From positions 1 to 63,592 of the forward strand of contig CAADYJ010000013.1 in assembly GCA_900753245.1 (NCBI GenBank): a stretch of 63,592 nt of DNA, read 5' to 3'. This DNA is from Clostridia bacterium. GTDB taxonomy: Bacteria; Bacillota; Clostridia; TANB77; CAG-508. Shown here one piece after another: positions 10,140 through 19,410 of the stretch; position 1 is the stretch's first letter; the number at the start of each line of letters is the position of its first letter. The notes beneath the pieces are model-generated. The model did no database searches. It saw nothing but the letters and a program-made list of their open reading frames with translations, and had not been told where the DNA came from. A program made the translations under genes and the position numbers.

Positions 10140-10667
10140 ATGCCAGAACCAATTGAAGTTACAAATATGAAAAAAAATTGTGCAGATAGAGAATATGTAT
10201 TAAAAACAGTAAAAGAAAATGGAAAATTATTAGAGTTTGCATCAGAAAATTTAAAAGATGATAGAGAAATTGCATTAGAAGCGGTACTAAATAACCCAGA
10301 GGCATTAGAATTTGTTTCAGATAGATTAAAAGAAGATAGAGAAATTGTATACCAATCTGTAAGTAAGCTAGGTTGGACATATTGTTATGCTAGAGGAAAA
10401 ATATTAGAAGATAGAGAACTTTTAATTAGTGGGTTGAAAATTAATGGGCAAATATTATATTATTCAATTCCAGAAATGAGAGATGATAAAGAAGTTGTAA
10501 AACTTGCTGTAGAAAATAAACCAATTATAATAAAATATGCAAGTAGTAGACTAAAAAACGATAAGGAAATAGGATTAATTGCAGTGCAAAAGGATAAAAG
10601 CTCTTTTAAATTTTTAGGAGAAGAACTAAAGCAAGATGAAGAAATAAAAGAAATAATAAATAATTAA
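10140..10667 (+). CDS. DUF4116 repeat protein
   Basis: 175 aa made of repeated ..LKDDREIALEAV..NPEAL.. / LKEDREIV / MRDDKEVVKLAV / LKNDKEIGLIAV units, typical of DUF4116. Confidence 0.6.
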   Translation: MPEPIEVTNMKKNCADREYVLKTVKENGKLLEFASENLKDDREIALEAVLNNPEALEFVSDRLKEDREIVYQSVSKLGWTYCYARGKILEDRELLISGLKINGQILYYSIPEMRDDKEVVKLAVENKPIIIKYASSRLKNDKEIGLIAVQKDKSSFKFLGEELKQDEEIKEIINN

Positions 10668-10674
10668 GAAGAAA

Positions 10675-10754
10675 AAACGTGGCAAAAGGGCCAGAGGAAT
10701 TTACCACACTCTTGAAAAAATGTGGTAAATTCCTCTGGCCCTTTTGCCACGTTT
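10675..10754. repeat. Perfect 34-bp-arm palindrome (hairpin), relatively GC-rich, single copy in this window
   Basis: AAACGTGGCAAAAGGGCCAGAGGAATTTACCACA - 12-nt loop - TGTGGTAAATTCCTCTGGCCCTTTTGCCACGTTT, with no mismatch. Lies between the DUF4116 gene and gatC. Confidence 0.8.
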
Positions 10755-10856
10755 AAAAATTTAATTCAAACTATTGTAATATTATAAAAAAAAGGGTATA
10801 ATAAAACCCAAAGTTACTTAGGGAAAGTTAAATTAACAAAGAATGGAGAGGATAAA

Positions 10857-11144
10857 ATGAAAGTAAGTAAAGAAGAATTATTACACATTGCAAAACTTGC
10901 AAATTTAAACATAAAAGATGAAGAAATAGATAAGTACTTATTAAATTTACAAGATATTTTAAATTTTGCTAATATAGTAAATAATGCACCAGTAGAAGGA
11001 TTGACAGAATCTTTTGGAGTTAACGAGAATTATAATGTATTTAGAAAAGATGAGATAAAAGTATTTGAAGATAATGAAGCTCTTTTAGCTAATGCACCAG
11101 AAAAAGAAAGAAATATGTTCAAAATACCAAAAGTAATTCAGTAA
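10857..11144 (+). CDS. gatC: Asp/Glu-tRNA amidotransferase subunit C
   Basis: 95 aa, typical GatC (..HIAKLANLNI.DEE..). Confidence 0.9.
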   Translation: MKVSKEELLHIAKLANLNIKDEEIDKYLLNLQDILNFANIVNNAPVEGLTESFGVNENYNVFRKDEIKVFEDNEALLANAPEKERNMFKIPKVIQ

Positions 11145-11257
11145 ATAAATGCCTAGCAATACTTGCTTTTGCTTTGGTTGAAAAAGAGATTAAAACTTGG
11201 AAAGAGTAAATAATATTTTGGATAAAATATTAAATTCCAAATAAAGGAGGAAAACAG

Positions 11258-12721
11258 ATGGAAATTATAGAACTTACAGTACATGAGCTAAAAGAAAAAT
11301 TAGCAAAAAAAGAACTTACAGTGCAAGAAGTAACAAAAGCATATGTAGATAGAATAAATGATAAAGAAAAAGATGTTGGAGCATTTGTTACAACATTATG
11401 TGATGAAGCTTTAGAAGAAGCTAAAAGTATACAAGAAAAAATAGATGCGGGAGAAATAAAAGGAGAATTAGCAGGTATTCCAATAGGAATAAAAGACAAC
11501 ATGTGTACTAAAGGAATAAAAACAACTTGTAGTTCAAAAATGTTAGAAAACTTTGTATCTCCATATGATGCAACAGTTGTTGAAAAACTAAAAGAACAAC
11601 ATATGATAGATTTAGGAAAATTAAATATGGACGAGTTTGCTATGGGTGCTTCTACAGAATATTCAGCATTCCATGTAACAAGAAATCCATGGAACCTAAA
11701 TACAGTACCAGGAGGTTCTTCAGGAGGATCTGCAGCGGCAGTTGCAGCTAACTTAGTGCCTTGGGCTTTAGGTTCAGATACAGGTGGATCAATTCGTCAA
11801 CCAGCAGCATTTTGTGGTGTTGTAGGATTAAAACCAACATATGGTTTAGTTTCACGTTATGGACTAGTAGCATTTGCGTCATCTTTAGACCAAATAGGTC
11901 CAATTACAAAAGACGTTGAAGATGCAGCAATGCTTTTAAATGTAATTGCAGGACATGATGAAAGAGATACTACTTCAGAAAATAGAGAAAAAATTGATTA
12001 TACAAAATGCTTAAAAAATGATGTAAAAGGATTAAAAATAGGAGTTCCAAAAGAATTCTTTGGAGAAGGAATAAATGAAGAAGTAAAAGTAAAACTTAAA
12101 GAAGCAATAGAAAAGTACAAAGAAATGGGAGCAGAAGTAGAAGAATTTTCACTAGATATTGCAAACTATGCATTAGCAACATATTATATAATCGCTTGTG
12201 CTGAAGCAAGTTCAAACTTAGGAAGATTTGATGGAATTAGATATGGATATAGAACAGAGAACTTTACAAACTTAAAAGAGATTTACAAAAATTCAAGAAG
12301 TGAAGGTTTTGGAGATGAAGTAAAAAGAAGAATAATACTTGGAACATATGTATTATCTTCAGGATACTATGATGCATATTACAAAAAAGCACAACAAGTT
12401 CGTACATTAGTTAGAAAAGAATTTGATAAAGCTTTTGAAAAATATGATGTTTTATTAACACCAACATCACCAACAGTTGCATTTGAAATTGGTACAAGAT
12501 CTTCAAATCCATTAGAAATGTATTTAGCAGATATTTGTACAGTTTCTATAAATATAGCAGGTCTACCAGGAATTTCAGTTCCATGTGGAGTAGATAGCAA
12601 TGGTATGCCAGTTGGAATGCAATTAATAGGAAATAGATTTGACGAAGAGAAAATATTAAATGCAGCTTATACTTATGAACAAGCTACAAAATTTAGAGAA
12701 AAATATAAACCTGAACACTAG
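11258..12721 (+). CDS. gatA: Asp/Glu-tRNA amidotransferase subunit A
   Basis: 487 aa with the amidase signature ([25 protein letters not shown]). Confidence 0.95.
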   Translation: MEIIELTVHELKEKLAKKELTVQEVTKAYVDRINDKEKDVGAFVTTLCDEALEEAKSIQEKIDAGEIKGELAGIPIGIKDNMCTKGIKTTCSSKMLENFVSPYDATVVEKLKEQHMIDLGKLNMDEFAMGASTEYSAFHVTRNPWNLNTVPGGSSGGSAAAVAANLVPWALGSDTGGSIRQPAAFCGVVGLKPTYGLVSRYGLVAFASSLDQIGPITKDVEDAAMLLNVIAGHDERDTTSENREKIDYTKCLKNDVKGLKIGVPKEFFGEGINEEVKVKLKEAIEKYKEMGAEVEEFSLDIANYALATYYIIACAEASSNLGRFDGIRYGYRTENFTNLKEIYKNSRSEGFGDEVKRRIILGTYVLSSGYYDAYYKKAQQVRTLVRKEFDKAFEKYDVLLTPTSPTVAFEIGTRSSNPLEMYLADICTVSINIAGLPGISVPCGVDSNGMPVGMQLIGNRFDEEKILNAAYTYEQATKFREKYKPEH

Positions 12722-12772
12722 GGACGGTCCTTTTCGTTCCAAAATCGGAACAAGAGGGACACTCCTTATTAA
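12719..12772 (+). repeat. GGGAC-core repeat inside the gatA-gatB spacer (TAGGGACGGTCC...GAGGGACACTCC)
   Basis: The gatA stop TAG is the first 3 nt of TAGGGACGG. The 92-nt spacer is GC-enriched relative to its surroundings. Confidence 0.5.
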
Positions 12773-12813
12773 GTAAAAGAACAGAAACCAGATAGGAGTT
12801 AAAGGAGGAAAAA

Positions 12814-14256
12814 ATGGCAAGAGATGATTATGAAATAGTAATGGGACTAGAAGTTCATGCTGAACTTTCAACAAAAACAAAAATATTCTGTAGTTGTCCT
12901 ACAGAATTTGGAGCAGATCCAAACACACATGTATGCCCAGTATGTATGGCAATGCCAGGAGCACTACCAGTATTAAACGAAAAAGTAGTAGAATATGCAG
13001 TAAAAGCAGGTTTAGCTACTAATTGTGAAATAGCAATGGATAGCAAAAATGATAGAAAAAATTATTTTTATCCAGACCTTCCAAAATCATATCAAATATC
13101 ACAATTTGACAAACCACTTTGTGAACGCGGATATGTAGAAATAGAAGATGAAGAAGGAAATAAGAAAAAAATTAGATTAACACGTATTCACATAGAAGAG
13201 GATGCAGGTAAATTAAACCACAATGAATTTGGTGGAGGAAGTTTAGTTGACTTAAACAGAGCTGGAGTTCCTTTAATAGAAATAGTTTCAGAGCCAGATC
13301 TAAGATCAGCAAAAGAAGCAGAAGAATATTTGAAAAAACTAAAGTCAATACTTGAATATATAGAAGTATCAGATTGTAAAATGCAAGAAGGTTCATTAAG
13401 AGCAGATGTAAACGTTTCTGTTAGAAAAAAGGGAGCAACAGAATATGGAACTCGTACAGAAATGAAAAACATGAATTCTTTTAGAAGTATAGTAAGAGCT
13501 ATAGAATATGAAGCAGACAGACAAATAGATGTATTAGAAGATGGCGGAAAAATAGAACAAGAAACATTAAGATGGGATGATGTATCTGGAAGAACATTCC
13601 CTATGAGAGATAAAGAAGATGCACAAGATTATCGTTATTTTCCAGACCCAGATTTAGTAGCCATTCGTTTATCTAAAGAATATATTGAAAACATAAAAAA
13701 TAATTTACCAGAGTTACCAGAGAGTAGAAAACAAAGATATTTAAATGAATTTGGTTTATCTGAAAAAGATAGTAATATGCTTACAGCTTCAAAATATTTA
13801 TCTAACTTATTTGAAGGAGCAGAAAAAATTTGTAAAAACGCAAAAGCTGTTGCAAACTGGTTATTATCAGATGTTTCAAAAATCTTAAATGAAAAAGAAA
13901 TGGAAGCAGACCAAATACCATTTACAGCAGAACAACTTGCTAAAATGATTGTTTTAATAGATAAAGGAACAATAAGCAGTGCAATAGGTAAAAAAGTTTT
14001 AGTAGAATTATTTGAAAATCCAAAAGATCCAGAAGAAATAATTAAAGAAAAAGGTTGGATTCAAATATCAGACGAAGGAGCAATAAAAGAAGTTGTACTT
14101 AAAATATTAGAAGCAAATCCTCAATCTGTAGCAGACTTTAAAGCAGGAAAAGATAAGGCAATTGGATTCTTAGTAGGTCAAGCAATGAAAGAAACAAAAG
14201 GAAAAGCAAATCCACAAATGCTTAATAAAATGTTCTTAGAAGAATTAAAGAAATAG
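12814..14256 (+). CDS. gatB: Asp/Glu-tRNA amidotransferase subunit B
   Basis: 480 aa, a typical GatB/GatE core plus a YqeY-like tail. Confidence 0.95.
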   Translation: MARDDYEIVMGLEVHAELSTKTKIFCSCPTEFGADPNTHVCPVCMAMPGALPVLNEKVVEYAVKAGLATNCEIAMDSKNDRKNYFYPDLPKSYQISQFDKPLCERGYVEIEDEEGNKKKIRLTRIHIEEDAGKLNHNEFGGGSLVDLNRAGVPLIEIVSEPDLRSAKEAEEYLKKLKSILEYIEVSDCKMQEGSLRADVNVSVRKKGATEYGTRTEMKNMNSFRSIVRAIEYEADRQIDVLEDGGKIEQETLRWDDVSGRTFPMRDKEDAQDYRYFPDPDLVAIRLSKEYIENIKNNLPELPESRKQRYLNEFGLSEKDSNMLTASKYLSNLFEGAEKICKNAKAVANWLLSDVSKILNEKEMEADQIPFTAEQLAKMIVLIDKGTISSAIGKKVLVELFENPKDPEEIIKEKGWIQISDEGAIKEVVLKILEANPQSVADFKAGKDKAIGFLVGQAMKETKGKANPQMLNKMFLEELKK

Positions 14257-14266
14257 ATTAACAAAT

Positions 14267-14303
14267 AAAAACAGGTCATATTGTAAAAATAGACCTGTTT
14301 TTT
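14267..14303. terminator. Bidirectional terminator after gatB
   Basis: AAAA-ACAGGTC..GACCTGT-TTTTTT. Confidence 0.7.
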
Positions 14304-14306
14304 ACT

Positions 14307-14567
14307 TTATAAACTAATTTCTTTTTTTATAGTATCAAAACTTATTCCACCAATAAAAAAGCTACATGCAAATATTAAACTACTTCTAAGTAATGAGATA
14401 CCTGAATAAAACAAAGGAGGAAATTTATAAAAATATTCATATGTAAAAAGTAAAATAGTAGCCAATATGCATAAATTAAAAGAAATGATAAAGCCTACAC
14501 ACATAATTTTTTTTAATTTGTGATCCAAATTTTTTATTTTAGTAATTAAAGTATTAATTATATTCAT
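14307..14567 (-). CDS. Hypothetical small membrane protein
   Basis: 86 aa with 2 predicted TM segments and a GAGG RBS. No family recognised. Confidence 0.4.
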   Translation of the reverse strand: MNIINTLITKIKNLDHKLKKIMCVGFIISFNLCILATILLFTYEYFYKFPPLFYSGISLLRSSLIFACSFFIGGISFDTIKKEISL

Positions 14568-14739
14568 AAAAGAACCTCAACTTTCTATTCATTCTAAATA
14601 TATATTAACATAAAAATACAAAGAAAATCAAAGGAAATATATTCCAATGTTGATAAATACTATTTTGACAATTGGTAACATAAATGCTATAATAAAATGT
14701 ATAATAACCTTTATGGTGTAAAAAGAAAGGAAAAACAAT

Positions 14740-15036
14740 ATGACGAAAAGGCGGATTTTTACAACAATTGTATTAGTAGCAATGTTCCTAATAGGAATGG
14801 TAACATATCCAGAAAATGAGATTTTTTCTTTAGAATTTTGGATATGGCTAACATTATTACTTGGAGGAACAATTGTAGTTGCAAATGTATTATTGTTAGA
14901 ACATCAAATGGAATTGTTTGAACAATTCTCAAGAGAAAACTTTAAAAAGGCCCCTATCTTTGGAATTATAGGATTACCTTTCTTGATTAGCTTAATAGCT
15001 ACATCAATTAAATGGTTAGACATATATATTTTCTAA
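14740..15036 (+). CDS. Hypothetical membrane protein
   Basis: 98 aa with 3 hydrophobic segments. In-frame CGG at 14752..14754 (MTKRR..). Confidence 0.4.
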   Translation: MTKRRIFTTIVLVAMFLIGMVTYPENEIFSLEFWIWLTLLLGGTIVVANVLLLEHQMELFEQFSRENFKKAPIFGIIGLPFLISLIATSIKWLDIYIF

Positions 15037-15040
15037 CCAT

Positions 15041-15081
15041 AAAAAAATTGTAGAGAAATATTTTTTCTCTACAATTTTTTT
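15041..15081. terminator. Bidirectional terminator
   Basis: AAAAAAATTGTAGAGAAA..TTTCTCTACAATTTTTTT. Confidence 0.75.
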
Positions 15082-15114
15082 AAAATAAAAAACTGTGCAC
15101 AATTTTTTATTTAA

Positions 15115-15381
15115 CTATGCTTTTATAGCATTTAATTTTTTAGCCATATTAGATTTTTTTCTAGCAGCTGTATTTTTTACAATAACACCTTTACTGCAAG
15201 CTTGATCTAATTTTTTAGTAGCTTCTGAGAATAATTTAGTAGCTTCATCTAAATTTCCAGCTTCGGCAGCTTGTTCGAATTTTTTTACAGCAGTTCTATA
15301 ACCTGATTTAATCATATTATTTCTTAATGTTTTCTTTTCAATAACACTAACACGTTTGATTGCTGATTTAATATTTGGCAT
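15115..15381 (-). CDS. rpsT: 30S ribosomal protein S20
   Basis: [11 protein letters not shown].. N-terminus. ATG 15381 lies behind a GGGAGGTG RBS, and the ORF-track GTG start falls inside that RBS. Confidence 0.9.
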   Translation of the reverse strand: MPNIKSAIKRVSVIEKKTLRNNMIKSGYRTAVKKFEQAAEAGNLDEATKLFSEATKKLDQACSKGVIVKNTAARKKSNMAKKLNAIKA

Positions 15382-15600
15382 ATTTTGCACCTCCCTTTAT
15401 GTTACTATTCATATATAGCAAATAAAATTCTACCATAAAAACCTAAATTTGGCAATAGTTTATTGATAAAAGTTTATAAAAGTTTGATAAAATTGTGAAA
15501 TTTATAAAAAAATGGTAAAAATGTTTGAAAAAAATATATAAACAAGGTATAATAAAAATATAACATTATATAAAGAACAAAAGTGAAAGGAGCGATTTTT

Positions 15601-16137
15601 ATGAACATAAAAATTACAGGAAAAGATTTAAAAGCGACAGAATCAATTAAAGACTATATTGAAAGAAAAATGGAAAGATTAGTTAAGTACTTTGGAGATG
15701 AATTTGAAGTACTTGCTACAATTAAAACAGAAGGAAATGAACAAGTAGCAGAGTTGCATGTAAAAGTAGATGGGGAAACATTTAGAGCAGTAACTGCACA
15801 TCGTGACTTATATGCTTCTATAGATAAAGATGTTGATATCTTAGAAGGACAAATTCGTAAAATGAAAACTAAAAAAGATAAACAAAATATGACTGAGTCT
15901 ATAAGACTAAAAGAATCAGTTTCTTCAGCAGAAGAAGTTCATGAAATAGAAGATGAAATTATAAAAACTATCTACTATGACATTAAGCCAATGGCACCAG
16001 AAGATGCAAAATTAGAATTAAAAGAAAAAGTAAGAAATAATTTTTTAGTGTTTATTAATATAGAAACACAAAAAGTAAATGTAATTTATCGTTTAAAAGA
16101 TAGCAAGAATTTTGGTTTAGTTGAACCAGAAGCATAA
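15601..16137 (+). CDS. hpf: Ribosome hibernation promoting factor (long form)
   Basis: MNIKITGKDL.. S30AE N-domain plus a C-terminal dimerisation domain. AAAGGAG RBS before ATG 15601. Confidence 0.9.
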   Translation: MNIKITGKDLKATESIKDYIERKMERLVKYFGDEFEVLATIKTEGNEQVAELHVKVDGETFRAVTAHRDLYASIDKDVDILEGQIRKMKTKKDKQNMTESIRLKESVSSAEEVHEIEDEIIKTIYYDIKPMAPEDAKLELKEKVRNNFLVFINIETQKVNVIYRLKDSKNFGLVEPEA

Positions 16138-16150
16138 AAATAGTTTAATA

Positions 16151-16190
16151 AAAAAATTTCTAGCAAAAAATAATTGCTAGAAATTTTTTT
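16151..16190. terminator. Bidirectional terminator between hpf and the SASP gene
   Basis: AAATTTCTAGCAA..TTGCTAGAAATTT flanked by A/T runs. Confidence 0.75.
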
Positions 16191-16192
16191 AA

Positions 16193-16387
16193 CTATTTCA
16201 TTTGATCTTCAGCTTGTTTTATTAATTTTTTAACCATGTTACCACCGATTCTACCAGCATCTCTTGCAGATATATTTCCGTTATAACCATCTTTTAAATT
16301 AACACCAACTTCACTAGCTACTTCATATTTGAATTTATTTAAAGCTTCTTTAGCTTCTGGAACTACTTTTGAATTTGAATTTGTCAT
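16193..16387 (-). CDS. Small acid-soluble spore protein, alpha/beta type
   Basis: ..EALNKFKYEVASEVGV.. and ..ARDAGRIGGNMVKKLI.. signatures. ATG 16387 lies after an AGGAGGTG RBS. Confidence 0.9.
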   Translation of the reverse strand: MTNSNSKVVPEAKEALNKFKYEVASEVGVNLKDGYNGNISARDAGRIGGNMVKKLIKQAEDQMK

Positions 16388-16425
16388 TTTCTTCACCTCC
16401 TGAAAATTTTGTTTTCATTATTATA

Positions 16426-16453
16426 ATGTACAAAAATAGAAAAAATAAACTGG
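16426..16453 (-). promoter_or_regulatory. Putative forespore (sigma-G/F-type) promoter of SASP gene 1
   Basis: Minus strand reads CCAGTTTA-17 nt-CATTATA. The same architecture and flanks are conserved upstream of the second SASP gene. Confidence 0.4.
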
Positions 16454-16490
16454 AAAAAAACACCAAAGTTATAAATTGAGTTATACAACA

Positions 16491-16519
16491 AAAAGACAGG
16501 AACTTAATTCCTGTCTTTT
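16491..16519 (-). terminator. Terminator of the second SASP gene
   Basis: AAAAGACAGGAA-CTTAA-TTCCTGTCTTTT. Confidence 0.65.
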
Positions 16520-16567
16520 ATGTATAAAGGCAAAAACTAAATTCCTATCTAAAAATTTATTTAATAA

Positions 16568-16744
16568 CTATTTGTTAGCCATTTGTTTTTCTGCTGTTTC
16601 GATTAATTTCTTAACCATGTTACCACCAACTCTACCAGCATCTCTTGAAGATAAATCTCCATTATAACCTTGTTTTAGGTTAACACCAACTTCATTGGCT
16701 ACTTCATATTTGAATTTATTTAAAGCTTCTTTTGAGTTTGTCAT
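16568..16744 (-). CDS. Small acid-soluble spore protein, alpha/beta type (second copy, below the ORF-track size cutoff)
   Basis: My translation: MTNSKEALNKFKYEVANEVGVNLKQGYNGDLSSRDAGRVGGNMVKKLIETAEKQMANK (58 aa). GGGAGGTGA RBS. The listed + ORF 16476..16667 is its antisense. Confidence 0.85.
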   Translation of the reverse strand: MTNSKEALNKFKYEVANEVGVNLKQGYNGDLSSRDAGRVGGNMVKKLIETAEKQMANK

Positions 16745-16800
16745 TTTTTTTCACCTCCCAATTGGAATATTAATTTGAAATAAACAATAAATGTTTTTTT

Positions 16801-16839
16801 CATTATTTATGATGTACAATAAAAAATAAAATAAACTGG
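16801..16839 (-). promoter_or_regulatory. Putative forespore (sigma-G/F-type) promoter of SASP gene 2
   Basis: Minus strand reads CCAGTTTA-17 nt-CATCATA and shares the TTGTACAT.ATAA..TAATGAAAA context with 16426..16453. Confidence 0.4.
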
Positions 16840-16959
16840 AAATTTTATGAAAAATACACTAAAAAGTCGAAAAAATATCAATTTTTTATTTTAATATTAT
16901 CTTGTATAAAAATAAAACAAATGGTAGAATATTACTAATAATAAACAGGGAGAAAAAAT

Positions 16960-17838
16960 ATGTATAAATTAATTGCAATAGATTTAGATGGTACCTTATT
17001 AAATTCATATGGAGAAGTTTCAAATAGAAATAAAAAAGCGATAGAAGAAACATTAAAAAAAGATGTAGAAGTTGTTTTAACTTCTGGCAGACCAATAATG
17101 TCTGTTTTAAACTTAGCAAATGAACTTGGTGCAAATAATTATATAATTTGTGGAAATGGTGCAATAACATATGATATAAAAAAACAAAAGACTATATATG
17201 ATAGATTTTTAGAAAAATCAAAAGTTTTACAAATAATAAAAATTTGTGAAGAAAATAGCATTTATTATAATGTATACACTAAAAATAATATATTAACTAA
17301 AAATTTAAGTTACAATATCTTATTTTATAATCAAGAAAATGCAAATAAACCAGATGAAAAAAAGACAAGAATAACAGTTATGGATAATATTTATAATTAT
17401 ATATTAGAAAGAGAAGAACAAGATTATTTAAAAATAACAATATGTGATAGTAGTAAAGTAGTATTTTCTAGTATAATAAAAAAATTAAGAACAATAAAAG
17501 ATGTGGAAGTATTAGATGTTGCACATATGTCTAGAAAAATGATAAAAGATGGAACTGATAGAGTTTCTTTAGAATATTATTATACAGAAATAACTAATAC
17601 AAATGTTGATAAATGGGATGCGTTAAGTTATTTAGCAAAAATGCTAAAAATAGAAGAAAACGAAATAGTTGCAATAGGCGATAATGTAAATGATTTGAAT
17701 ATGGTAAAAAATGCAGGATTAGGTATTATAATGCAAAATAGCGCACCTTATATAAAAGAACAAGCTGATGTTGTTGTAAAAGATAATGATAATGATGGAG
17801 TAGCACAAGCATTAGAAGAATATATTATAAAAGAATAA
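16960..17838 (+). CDS. Cof-type HAD-IIB phosphatase
   Basis: 292 aa with DLDGTLL motif I, TSGR motif II and GDNVNDLNM motif IV. Confidence 0.85.
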   Translation: MYKLIAIDLDGTLLNSYGEVSNRNKKAIEETLKKDVEVVLTSGRPIMSVLNLANELGANNYIICGNGAITYDIKKQKTIYDRFLEKSKVLQIIKICEENSIYYNVYTKNNILTKNLSYNILFYNQENANKPDEKKTRITVMDNIYNYILEREEQDYLKITICDSSKVVFSSIIKKLRTIKDVEVLDVAHMSRKMIKDGTDRVSLEYYYTEITNTNVDKWDALSYLAKMLKIEENEIVAIGDNVNDLNMVKNAGLGIIMQNSAPYIKEQADVVVKDNDNDGVAQALEEYIIKE

Positions 17839-17905
17839 AAATATAGAAGAATGTACAAACTAAAATAAAAGGTTTTTACATTTTTTTGTAGAAAGGAATT
17901 ATATA

Positions 17906-18070
17906 ATGAAAAATAGGAAAAGAGAAATAGATAAAAGCGAAAGCTTACTTGAAGAAGATTCAACAAAATATGGGGAATTTGTTACTTCATATTTTGCATG
18001 GATACCATTAGATAAACAAAAGAAAAAGGCAGAACAGTTGGATCAAATGACAAAAACAAAAGAGCCTTAA
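17906..18070 (+). CDS. Possible 54-aa hypothetical protein
   Basis: ATG after GAAAGGA. My translation: MKNRKREIDKSESLLEEDSTKYGEFVTSYFAWIPLDKQKKKAEQLDQMTKTKEP. The stop is embedded in a terminator hairpin (AGAGCCTT..AAGGCTCTTTTT). Weak call. Confidence 0.3.
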   Translation: MKNRKREIDKSESLLEEDSTKYGEFVTSYFAWIPLDKQKKKAEQLDQMTKTKEP

Positions 18071-18218
18071 ATTTCAAGGCTCTTTTTGTGAGATTAAAGT
18101 CGGGTCAAATCACTGTTCCCATTAGTATGGAATAAAAATTTTTTCAAACTAAAACCTCCTTTACAAATAGTAAAGCATTTAAAATATAACATAAAAACAA
18201 AAAAAGTTAAATAAATTA

Positions 18219-18246
18219 TTGACATTATGTAAAAAGATGTTATAAT
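18219..18246 (+). promoter_or_regulatory. Sigma-A promoter of the ctsR operon
   Basis: TTGACA, a 16-nt spacer, then TATAAT. Confidence 0.7.
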
Positions 18247-18253
18247 AGATTGT

Positions 18254-18277
18254 AGGTCAAAGAAAGTCAAAGTCAAA
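18254..18277 (+). promoter_or_regulatory. CtsR operator (heptad direct repeat)
   Basis: GGTCAAA-GAA-AGTCAAA-GTCAAA matches the CtsR box A/GGTCAAANANA/GGTCAAA. Lies just downstream of the -10 element. Confidence 0.8.
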
Positions 18278-18301
18278 TGTAAAATAAGAGGTGGTAACAA
18301 A

Positions 18302-18751
18302 ATGAGAGTATCAGATATGATAGAAGAATTTATAAAAGAATTATTTACACAAGATGAAGATTATGTAGAAATACAAAGAAATGAATTAGCAGAACATTTT
18401 AATTGTGTACCATCACAAATAAACTATGTAATACAAACAAGGTTTAAGCCATCACAGGGGTATTATGTAGAAAGCAAACGTGGTGGTGGAGGCCACATAA
18501 AAATAAAAAAAGTAAATATTACAAAAAGTAATTATTTTATGCATATTATTAATAGTGTTGGAAATACATTAACTAATCAAGAAGTAGATATATTTATTAG
18601 TAATTTCTTATCATATCAAATGGTTTCTAGCATTGAAGCAAAATTAATAAAAATTGCTACAAGTGATAATGTGCTTAAGTTGCCACAACCAACAAGAGAT
18701 GAAATAAGAGCTAATATATTTAAAAATATGCTAGTAAATTTAATTGAATAG
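18302..18751 (+). CDS. ctsR: Class III stress gene repressor CtsR
   Basis: 149 aa, ..SKRGGGGHIKI.. glycine-rich loop, first gene of ctsR-mcsA-mcsB-clpC. Confidence 0.9.
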   Translation: MRVSDMIEEFIKELFTQDEDYVEIQRNELAEHFNCVPSQINYVIQTRFKPSQGYYVESKRGGGGHIKIKKVNITKSNYFMHIINSVGNTLTNQEVDIFISNFLSYQMVSSIEAKLIKIATSDNVLKLPQPTRDEIRANIFKNMLVNLIE

Positions 18752-18809
18752 CAATTAGGGACAGTCCCTAATTGAGAAAAAGTAACAATTGGGGACTGTC
18801 CCAAATTGG
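18752..18809. repeat. Two family C palindromes (CAATTAGGGACAGTCCCTAATTG and CAATTGGGGACTGTCCCAAATTGG) in the ctsR-mcsA spacer
   Basis: AATT(A/G)GGGAC-N-GTCCC(T/A)AATT palindromes. Related copies lie at 23876, 49977 and 57851/57892. Confidence 0.8.
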
Positions 18810-18834
18810 GTAATTTGTAAAGGAGTTGATTAAT

Positions 18835-19395
18835 ATGTTATGTGAAAATTGTGGAAATAATGAAGCAACTGTGAGATATACTCAAATTATTAACGGAGTA
18901 AAGAAACAAATGAATCTATGTCATAAATGTGCTGAAAGTTTAGGAATTGATAATATATCTTTTAATATGCCAATTCAATTCTCTAATTTTTTAGGAGATA
19001 TGTTTGATGATGGTATGAATGATTTTTTACCAAGTTTAATAAAGCAAGATACATTACTTTGTGATAAGTGTAAGATGAGTTATGAAGATTTTATTGAAAC
19101 AGGTAAGTTTGGATGTGATGAATGTTACAATACTTTTTCAAATAAAGTAGATGTTTTACTAAAAAATATACATGGTGTTAATCGTCATGTTGGAAGAAAT
19201 GGAAGGTTAGTATCAAATAGACAAAAAGATAGACCTACAGAAGAAATTACTAAAGAACAGGATAATATTTCAGATAATTCTATTGAAGGTAAATTATTGA
19301 AATTAAAAGAAAAATTAAAAAATGAAGTAAAAGAAGAACGTTATGAAGATGCTGCTAAAACAAGAGATGAAATAAAAAAGTTAAGCAAAGAGTAA
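18835..19395 (+). CDS. mcsA: McsA (zinc-finger/UVR protein, activator of McsB)
   Basis: MLCENCG.., four CxxC pairs, and a C-terminal UVR motif (YEDAAKTRDEI). ATG 18835 follows AAAGGAG. Confidence 0.85.
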   Translation: MLCENCGNNEATVRYTQIINGVKKQMNLCHKCAESLGIDNISFNMPIQFSNFLGDMFDDGMNDFLPSLIKQDTLLCDKCKMSYEDFIETGKFGCDECYNTFSNKVDVLLKNIHGVNRHVGRNGRLVSNRQKDRPTEEITKEQDNISDNSIEGKLLKLKEKLKNEVKEERYEDAAKTRDEIKKLSKE

Positions 19396-19410
19396 AAGTA
19401 GGAGGAAAAT

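Noticed and set aside
10857-14256. Possible T-box or other leader for aspS, proS and alaS, similar to the one found for serS.
   Set aside because: The upstream spacers (about 100, 100 and 57 nt) contain no T-box sequence (..GGTGGTACCGCG..) or specifier-loop architecture. Only serS has one.
15382-15600. Possible raiA-motif RNA, or another structured leader, upstream of hpf.
   Set aside because: The region is AT-rich with no stable helices or conserved GC-rich blocks. It is better explained by divergent promoters for rpsT and hpf.
16476-16667. 63-aa plus-strand ORF.
   Set aside because: It is antisense to the second alpha/beta SASP gene (16568..16744, minus strand), which has a strong RBS and clear family signatures.
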